This document shows positions 27,570 to 33,172 of a stretch of 33,172 nt of DNA, piece after piece; position 1 is the stretch's first letter; each line of letters starts with the position of its first letter. A program made the translations under genes and the position numbers. The stretch is taken from positions 1 through 33,172 of IMG/VR virus record IMGVR_UViG_3300029169_000020; one strand, given 5' to 3'. The notes below the pieces were generated by a model. The model made no database searches. It was not told where the DNA came from and was given only the letters and a program-made list of their open reading frames with translations. This DNA comes from a virus (taxonomy: Duplodnaviria > Caudoviricetes).

Positions 27570-28319
27570 CTATTGCTTAGATGCTTCTATCATTTCTCTA
27601 TATAGCTTTTTCTGCAGCTCGGGTGTTAGCTTTCCGCTTTCAAACATTTTAGCTTGCGAAAGTGGGCTTCCTGCATTTGCGTTTCCGAGTGTTCCGACTT
27701 TTTGAGCGTTTTCGTTCGCTCTTCGAACATCGTCTGAAACGTTTTGATTTGGGCAGAAGGCTTTTACGTACTCATAAGCTGCGGCAGCCTGGCTATATGG
27801 ATCAGATGTAGACGACAAAGTAGCAATCACGTGAGGTTTATTACGCTTAAGATAATCTATGTTTTCTTGCGTTACAACACTTTCAAAGTCAGAATAGTTT
27901 TTCTTGATGAGATTTGGCAGCTCTTCTTGTCTACGTTTTTCTTCTGCTGCTTTAAGCTCTTTATTTACGATTTCTCTAGCTCTTCTCTCAACTAATCGCT
28001 CTGTATATTTACGAGTAGTCCAATCGTCTTCTGCTATTTCTTCGTAATCATCTTGTTGCTCATCTACTGCAGTAGACTTGTTGTTATTTATAGACGCAAA
28101 TACTGCTTTCTTATACTCATCGCGTTCTTGAGCTATTCTTTTCTTCTCTTCTTCAATAGCGCGCACTTGTTCTCGTAAAGCTCTAAAGTTATGTTCTTTA
28201 TCGCTTATTTGATCCTGTGTTTGCTGTTGTTTATCGTGTTGTAACACACTATCATCTTCTTGATACACAGACTGAGAGACGATCTCATTGTTACTTTGTA
28301 CGTCTTGATTTTCTGTCAT
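27570..28319 (-). CDS. Capsid scaffolding protein
   Basis: Charged coiled coil upstream of MCP, YSDFESVV motif; AAGGA SD before MTENQ at 28319 (ORF track 28370). Confidence 0.75.
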   Translation of the reverse strand: MTENQDVQSNNEIVSQSVYQEDDSVLQHDKQQQTQDQISDKEHNFRALREQVRAIEEEKKRIAQERDEYKKAVFASINNNKSTAVDEQQDDYEEIAEDDWTTRKYTERLVERRAREIVNKELKAAEEKRRQEELPNLIKKNYSDFESVVTQENIDYLKRNKPHVIATLSSTSDPYSQAAAAYEYVKAFCPNQNVSDDVRRANENAQKVGTLGNANAGSPLSQAKMFESGKLTPELQKKLYREMIEASKQ

Positions 28320-28458
28320 ATATTCCTTTTGTTTTGATAGTAAGTCCTTTAACGATTGGCACGGATCCACAAACTATCAACATAAAAATATAATTTAGTT
28401 GGTTATTTGTCCATAAATTATTTTAATCGAGTGTTTTATGAAAATATAGTGTTTTCAC

Positions 28459-28488
28459 TTGTCATAATGTGCTGTAACATGATACAAT
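28459..28488 (+). promoter_or_regulatory. Sigma70-type promoter of the accessory operon
   Basis: TTGTCA-18 nt-TACAAT with TG extension. Confidence 0.6.
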
Positions 28489-28521
28489 TACTGTGTAGAC
28501 ACACTATAACGGAGATAAGAA

Positions 28522-28704
28522 ATGGACTGGATGCAAGCAGTAACTATAATCGGAACAAACATAGCTCTGTTTTTATGGAGTAGATCAGAAAGCAGATCGG
28601 ACTATAGGATGATTAGATCATTAGTAGATGCGATACATTCTGAGATGAAAGATTTTCACGCCAGACTTAGCGTAGAAGAGAACAAAAAAAAAAGAAAAAG
28701 ATAA
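28522..28704 (+). CDS. Small membrane-anchored coiled-coil protein
   Basis: Hydrophobic N-terminus, coiled coil, basic tail; GGAG SD. Confidence 0.75.
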   Translation: MDWMQAVTIIGTNIALFLWSRSESRSDYRMIRSLVDAIHSEMKDFHARLSVEENKKKRKR

Positions 28705-28727
28705 AAACATATTTTTCATAGTATATC

Positions 28728-28994
28728 GTGCATATTAATACGAGATGCTATGAATTTTCTAAACAAGGAGTTACTATGAAAATGTACGAAACAGAATTTC
28801 GTGATTGGATAAACTTAGATCATGTATCTATGATAACTATTGACGATGAAAAAATGGGTGAAGATGATCAGTACTATTACAATGTATACGCTAAACTTTG
28901 TAACACGTTAGATGATGTTATGATCAAGAGCTATGTAACACATAAAGAAGCTCAAACGTTCGTTCAAAGCCTTGGTTATATTTTAGTTCTATAG
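28728..28994 (+). CDS. Hypothetical protein
   Basis: WINLDHV..I motif; AAGGAG precedes an internal ATG near 28776, the likely start. Confidence 0.7.
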   Translation: MHINTRCYEFSKQGVTMKMYETEFRDWINLDHVSMITIDDEKMGEDDQYYYNVYAKLCNTLDDVMIKSYVTHKEAQTFVQSLGYILVL

Positions 28995-29021
28995 AATCAA
29001 ACTCCAGATGCAAAGTAATGT

Positions 29022-29255
29022 ATGTCAAATATAGATTTAGATAAAGTAAGAAAAGAGTTAAATAACATGAATTTCACACTAAGATATAAAGATCTTATAG
29101 ACTTAGGTTTATTTGACTCTGTGGATAGTATAGATGAATGTCTAAGGAAAAAAGGAGGTATATATTGCAGAAAAATTGGAAAAAAAACAATCTTTTTTAA
29201 AGATAACGTTTTGAACTATTTAAACAATTTACAAAAGGACTACAATGAATGCTGA
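29022..29255 (+). CDS. Excisionase/AlpA-like small DNA-binding protein
   Basis: L..KDL..LG.....RK.GG..C.KIGKKTIF.K..V..YL resembles the winged-HTH Xis/AlpA pattern. Confidence 0.55.
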   Translation: MSNIDLDKVRKELNNMNFTLRYKDLIDLGLFDSVDSIDECLRKKGGIYCRKIGKKTIFFKDNVLNYLNNLQKDYNEC

Positions 29256-29460
29256 AAGTGTGCTTTACTTATTGTATAACGCGTTATCTCTTTTGATAAT
29301 ATTTTTGTCTTCTTTTTCTTTGTTTTATTACATTGACCATAAGATAGATTCCAAGAAAAGATTTAACGATAGTCTTTTAAATCCTTTTGGAGAAGACGCT
29401 AAAGACGTTGATAGGAGTATGTTTATCAAAAAAAAATCTGAAGACAGGTTTATTAGATAG
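29245..29460 (+). CDS. Small single-TM membrane protein
   Basis: VLYLLYNALSLLIIFLSSFSLFYYI hydrophobic segment; AAGGA SD. Confidence 0.65.
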   Translation: MNAESVLYLLYNALSLLIIFLSSFSLFYYIDHKIDSKKRFNDSLLNPFGEDAKDVDRSMFIKKKSEDRFIR

Positions 29461-29520
29461 GGGTTATAAAACAATCAATATTATAATAATTTATTTAGTT
29501 GTTAAATATGATAGGCGTTT

Positions 29521-29880
29521 ATGGATATAGATAGAGTTCACTACATCACGAGAGTTGACTACACAAATAGGTTGGTCAACAAAGTGCCGATGGTTGTACC
29601 CTGCAGCAACGCTGAGGGGTTAATTTCAAAAAAAAATGCTTGGATTGTATACATATGCAACTGGCACAAAGAGATCATATCGATAGATGTGTTTGACTTA
29701 TCGATATCTAACAGAGATAAGATTATTTCAGACGTAAGTCATGAGCTTAGAGATATGCAGATGTATACAATAGATTTAACGTGCGATCAAGCAAGAGAAG
29801 TAAATCTAGAAGACATCATCTTCAAACTTGCATGCTATCATAACTTTGAAAACAAATATGTTATGAAGATGTGCTTATAA
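29521..29880 (+). CDS. Hypothetical protein
   Basis: 119-aa ORF co-oriented with the island operon. Confidence 0.6.
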   Translation: MDIDRVHYITRVDYTNRLVNKVPMVVPCSNAEGLISKKNAWIVYICNWHKEIISIDVFDLSISNRDKIISDVSHELRDMQMYTIDLTCDQAREVNLEDIIFKLACYHNFENKYVMKMCL

Positions 29881-29941
29881 AGACTATCTCAGATAAATGA
29901 GTACAACGAACGAATTCAGGCATGGATTGAAAATCTTTGAA

Positions 29942-29968
29942 ATATCGCGCATGTGATGTGCGCGATAT
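29942..29968. repeat. 10-bp hairpin ATATCGCGCA/TGCGCGATAT
   Basis: Inverted repeat between convergent genes. Confidence 0.7.
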
Positions 29969-29975
29969 CATCGGG

Positions 29976-30035
29976 CACGATAGTATAGACTACTTTAGCT
30001 ATTTTACGATAGCTAAAGTAGTCTATACTATCGTG
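29976..30035. repeat. Perfect 27-bp inverted repeat with 6-nt spacer
   Basis: CACGATAGTATAGACTACTTTAGCTAT-TTTACG-ATAGCTAAAGTAGTCTATACTATCGTG. Confidence 0.95.
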
Positions 30036-30364
30036 TATCTATCGTGATTGTTCACCCCGACTAGATGTTTCATGAGCGCAATCTCAGACTCACTGAATAA
30101 TCGAAAAGAGTTACAGTTTGCGTTGTCTTTTTCTTGTACTTCTCTTACTAGATCTGTCATAGTCACTAAGCCTCCAGTTTCTTGTATTATTCTCTGACAC
30201 GTTTGAGGGTTCGGATTAACTTTTCTATTCACTATTCTGCACAGATGCATATACGATATTCCGATATGCTCTGCAAATTCTTTCTTGATGGATCTTTCGC
30301 TGTCACTATTTTTTGTGTAAGATCGTAACGCTTTTGCTATTCTAAAAAAATCTATGAGTTGCAT
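30023..30364 (-). CDS. Second Cro/XRE-like HTH regulator
   Basis: KEFAEHIGISYMHLCRIVN...P.PQTCQRIIQETGGLVTMTDL; AAGGAG SD before ATG 30364 (ORF track 30457). Confidence 0.8.
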   Translation of the reverse strand: MQLIDFFRIAKALRSYTKNSDSERSIKKEFAEHIGISYMHLCRIVNRKVNPNPQTCQRIIQETGGLVTMTDLVREVQEKDNANCNSFRLFSESEIALMKHLVGVNNHDRYTIV

Positions 30365-30404
30365 ATGATCTCCTTTTTTTTTGTTGATGAGTATCTTATA
30401 AGTT

Positions 30405-30433
30405 ATCGTAACACATAATTGTGTATACGTCAA
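30405..30433 (-). promoter_or_regulatory. Sigma70-type promoter of the second regulator
   Basis: TTGACG-17 nt-TACGAT; ACACA-TAAT-TGTGT palindrome in the spacer. Confidence 0.7.
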
Positions 30434-30550
30434 CGTGTTTAGAGACAAAACGTACACATGATTTTCTTACATATATACTGCTATTTTTGTCTATCAATAC
30501 ATCTTTTTATGTGAGTATGTAAGAAATATCAAAAAAGGTGATCTTTTGTG

Positions 30551-30578
30551 TTGTGTTAAATAACAGATGTGTTATACT
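30551..30578 (+). promoter_or_regulatory. Extended -10 promoter for the divergent genes
   Basis: TTGTGT-16 nt-TATACT with TGn extension. Confidence 0.55.
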
Positions 30579-30623
30579 GATGATAGAAGCAAACAACAAA
30601 CACATACAAAGCGGAGAGACGAA

Positions 30624-30914
30624 ATGAACACACTATACATCAACACAAGCAACGAAGAAATACAAAAGTTTTACACCGGAGAAAAGATAGACGAAAGCAG
30701 AAATCTTTTCAGAGGTCTATCAGTGAGCATACATCAAAATCTTAACTCAGAAGAACTTGTAGATGTGATAGTAGTAGAGCGACTAGAGACTAACATGAGT
30801 CCGGCTATTTACAAATCAAAAATAGTTCTTAGAAAAAAATCAATCGAAAAAAAGATCAAAGAAGCAAAGTGCATCAATCATTTTTTCAGAATGCTTCAGA
30901 CAGCAGCATCCTGA
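30624..30914 (+). CDS. Hypothetical early protein
   Basis: GGAGAG SD before MNTLY at 30624 (ORF track 30567). Confidence 0.7.
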   Translation: MNTLYINTSNEEIQKFYTGEKIDESRNLFRGLSVSIHQNLNSEELVDVIVVERLETNMSPAIYKSKIVLRKKSIEKKIKEAKCINHFFRMLQTAAS

Positions 30915-30935
30915 AAAAAGGGGGCGAGAGCCCCC
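30914..30935. terminator. GC hairpin GGGGGC-GAGA-GCCCCC preceded by an A tract
   Basis: GNRA-loop hairpin right after the stop codon; the U tract lies on the minus strand. Confidence 0.6.
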
Positions 30936-30973
30936 CCCCACCACACAACAAACAAACAAACAAAGAGAGACTA

Positions 30974-31666
30974 ATGAAAACACAACAACTAAGACAAGTA
31001 CTAGATACAATAGACACGCTAAGAGCTAACACAGAAGACTCAAGCATCAATCAAAAAGCTAACAAAGACATAGACGCTCAGATAGACATATTTCTGAGAA
31101 ACATACAGATATCAATAGACACACTGCAAGACAAGAAGAAAGAAGCTATAGAAAAAGATCAGATGAACATCTTGACTTACGATAAAACGTACGCTGTAAA
31201 CGTTAGATACGAGCTTAAAGATAAGTTCAAAAAAGAATTTAAAAAATGTAAATGGGACGCAAAAGCAAAAAGATGGTCAGTGAAGCACTCTGACTACAAA
31301 AAAGAAGAGCTGCAAAATTGGATCGATGATCTAGACAATAAAGATAAAGCAAAGCAGAGCATGTACACAGACGAAGAAAGAAGCAAGCTTGAGAATGAGC
31401 TTTGCATGCTTACAGAGCTTAACGTTGCTGAAGTAAAAGATCTTCACGACATAATGATCTCAACTCACAAATCAATGTTCAAAGAGTCTAAGAAGAAGTT
31501 TGAGAATGCTCAGAAAAGCATCAAAGAAATATGCGAAAAGCTTGAAGAATACAATCTAGAATCGATCGGTCTGAAAAAGCTAGCATCAGCAAATGTAAAT
31601 CGATTTGATCGAGATTACGCTGGAGACGTTTCTTTCGACGAAATCTTAACGCTAGAATCTATTTAG
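30974..31666 (+). CDS. Hypothetical protein with DUF5710-like motif
   Basis: Y..KD..K....KWD...KRW.V motif; start MKTQQ at 30974 shares a leader with the 30624 gene (ORF track 30869). Confidence 0.7.
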   Translation: MKTQQLRQVLDTIDTLRANTEDSSINQKANKDIDAQIDIFLRNIQISIDTLQDKKKEAIEKDQMNILTYDKTYAVNVRYELKDKFKKEFKKCKWDAKAKRWSVKHSDYKKEELQNWIDDLDNKDKAKQSMYTDEERSKLENELCMLTELNVAEVKDLHDIMISTHKSMFKESKKKFENAQKSIKEICEKLEEYNLESIGLKKLASANVNRFDRDYAGDVSFDEILTLESI

Positions 31667-31705
31667 CGACGCACACACGTTGCTTCTAAGCGACGATATG
31701 CAATC

Positions 31706-31741
31706 AAGACGTATGAACACTAAAGCTCATACGTCTTTTTT
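31706..31741 (+). terminator. Intrinsic terminator
   Basis: AAGACGTATGA/TCATACGTCTT stem followed by a T run, downstream of the plus-strand gene. Confidence 0.75.
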
Positions 31742-31835
31742 GTATACAGGCAAAGTCTGTGCGATCTAGTGATTTTGTTGCTCATGTATAATTTTTGCGA
31801 TAATTTGTGCATGTTTACAAGATATGCACACTTTT

Positions 31836-32035
31836 TTATGTTTTTTGTGCATGTTGCGTTTGAGTACTATGATTTTTTAGATAAGCATTGAGAAACTCGT
31901 CCATTTGCGTTGAGTTCATCATATAGTTTTTACACTTCTTGCAGACAAAACATTTCGCAAAATTACGTTGTCTTTAAATGCAAATTCTGCATATTTTTCT
32001 TCAAAAACATCACTATCACATCTCAAACACTGCAT
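31836..32035 (-). pseudogene. Frameshifted MqsA/YgiT-type zinc-finger gene
   Basis: MQCLRC...FKDNVI / AKCFVCKKCKNYMMNSTQMDEFL...; 200 nt ATG-to-stop, one base short at about 31960. Confidence 0.6.
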
Positions 32036-32251
32036 AAAATTACTTTTTGTCACAACTTTCATTTACTTGCGAAGAAACAGCTCTTAAAATACACTCTAAA
32101 CGCATGGTCTGATAATTTACATTCTGTTCAAACGCTCTTTTTCACTTTAGGTGTTAATGGTAAGATGGTTATGTCTTTTCGTTGATGTCACCAAATAGTC
32201 TACATTTTCATATGTTTTTCGTTTTCTTCTTGCTATTTTGAACACGTTTTA

Positions 32252-32488
32252 TTATTTTTCGCTGGAGCCGTACTTGTAGATCATTCTGAAGAGTCTAGAA
32301 AAATCATTGCTGTTTGATAGGTTTTTACAAAGTGTTTTTATGTTTTGGTTTGACTTTATGTTAAGTCCGCACTCTTTCACTTTTCTTATCTCTATCACTA
32401 GTTTCATCATGCCAGATGACATTTCGCCCAGTTCTTCAAACTCTTTTGCTAAATTCTCTAGCTTTATGTGCCTTGATGTCTTATACAT
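32252..32488 (-). CDS. Hypothetical protein
   Basis: 78-aa ORF, no recognised motif. Confidence 0.5.
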   Translation of the reverse strand: MYKTSRHIKLENLAKEFEELGEMSSGMMKLVIEIRKVKECGLNIKSNQNIKTLCKNLSNSNDFSRLFRMIYKYGSSEK

Positions 32489-32509
32489 TTTCTTAACTCA
32501 TTTCAGCAC

Positions 32510-32537
32510 AAAAAAAAACCTGCGCAAAACACGCAGG
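32510..32537 (-). terminator. Intrinsic terminator ending the terminase-portal operon
   Basis: Minus strand CCTGCG-7 nt-CGCAGG followed by T9. Confidence 0.7.
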
Positions 32538-32600
32538 CAAACCTTACAAAGAAGAGAACCATGATAATTCTCATTTTTTTATGATACTTTTTTGTCTATT

Positions 32601-33086
32601 TCACGTCAAAATATCTTTCTTCGTCGAAGGCTCATCAAATTCAGGAGTTATGTTGAAGTTATTGCATGCAGCGTGATATAAGCGTCCCTGAATAAATAGC
32701 TTAGCCATTCTGTGAAGTTTTTCTTCGCCTATTCGCGGATTAGATATATTAATTTCTTGACAAGTGTTGTGGTCCGGAACAGTCCAAATGTAGTCTAGCT
32801 TTCCGCTTTTATGTCTCCATACTGTTTGATCGTAATCTGGAGTGGGCAAAGTTCTTCTTGCTACGAAATATCTTCTTATAACATTTTCGAGAACTCTCTC
32901 TTTTTTTGAGATAACAACAACAAAAAATTCGTCTGGGAAATCATCAAGCTTTGCTTTCGATACGCAATTTTCTAGACTTTCAAAGTAGTCTTTATCTATC
33001 TCTCTTTGAGTGTCTACTATACCCTGCTTCTGGTCTACATTGTTCAGTAGTTTTACAGCTTCTTCTCCAACCGTTTTTTTTTTCAT
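32601..33086 (-). CDS. Hypothetical head-module protein
   Basis: 161 aa; continues the portal operon across the circular junction; AGGA SD. Confidence 0.8.
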   Translation of the reverse strand: MKKKTVGEEAVKLLNNVDQKQGIVDTQREIDKDYFESLENCVSKAKLDDFPDEFFVVVISKKERVLENVIRRYFVARRTLPTPDYDQTVWRHKSGKLDYIWTVPDHNTCQEINISNPRIGEEKLHRMAKLFIQGRLYHAACNNFNITPEFDEPSTKKDILT

Positions 33087-33172
33087 TGTTGTCCTGGTGT
33101 AAAGCGGCTTTACATAGATGCATATGTAAAGCCTTTTTTTTTATCTTCTTTCTGGATCATTCTCAAACATAT
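33072..33172. repeat. Terminal direct repeat (copy of 1-100)
   Basis: Direct sequence comparison with the window start. Confidence 0.95.

Noticed and set aside
10477-27995. Many plus-strand ORFs opposite structural genes
   Set aside because: Antisense shadows of strongly biased minus-strand genes, with no motifs or SD
29976-30035. Protelomerase telRL site of a linear plasmid prophage
   Set aside because: Centre is not palindromic and no protelomerase-like ORF is recognisable
32040-32250. Decayed HTH gene (LSDHAFRVY fragment)
   Set aside because: Multiple stops and only a short motif; insufficient support

Overview
The window looks like a complete, circularly permuted, low-GC tailed phage genome of about 33.07 kb (bases 1-100 recur at 33072-33172) with podovirus-type architecture. 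The minus strand carries small and large (PBSX-family) terminases, a P22-like portal, scaffold, an N4-gp56-like major capsid protein, FCCH-repeat virion proteins, adaptor, nozzle, three putative ejection proteins (one with a KTSC domain) and several tail-fibre/adhesin genes. It also carries a replication initiator, a DUF1064 nuclease and two Cro/XRE-like regulators. The plus strand carries a Bet + YqaJ recombination pair, an HNH-like protein and an accessory island (about 28.4-32.6 kb) that splits the head module. I recognise no integrase, partition system, helicase/primase, endolysin, tRNA or CRISPR array. The most unusual non-coding features are: (1) a control region upstream of rep with 33-bp tandem repeats, scrambled copies of the rep translation-initiation region and two antisense-oriented terminators (candidate antisense-RNA replication control); (2) a nested TGTAAAGC-S-GCTTTACA palindrome at two late-operon sites; (3) a perfect 27-bp inverted repeat; (4) a 49-bp identical in-frame segment shared by two tail-fibre genes. 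All family assignments are from motif recognition, not database searches.
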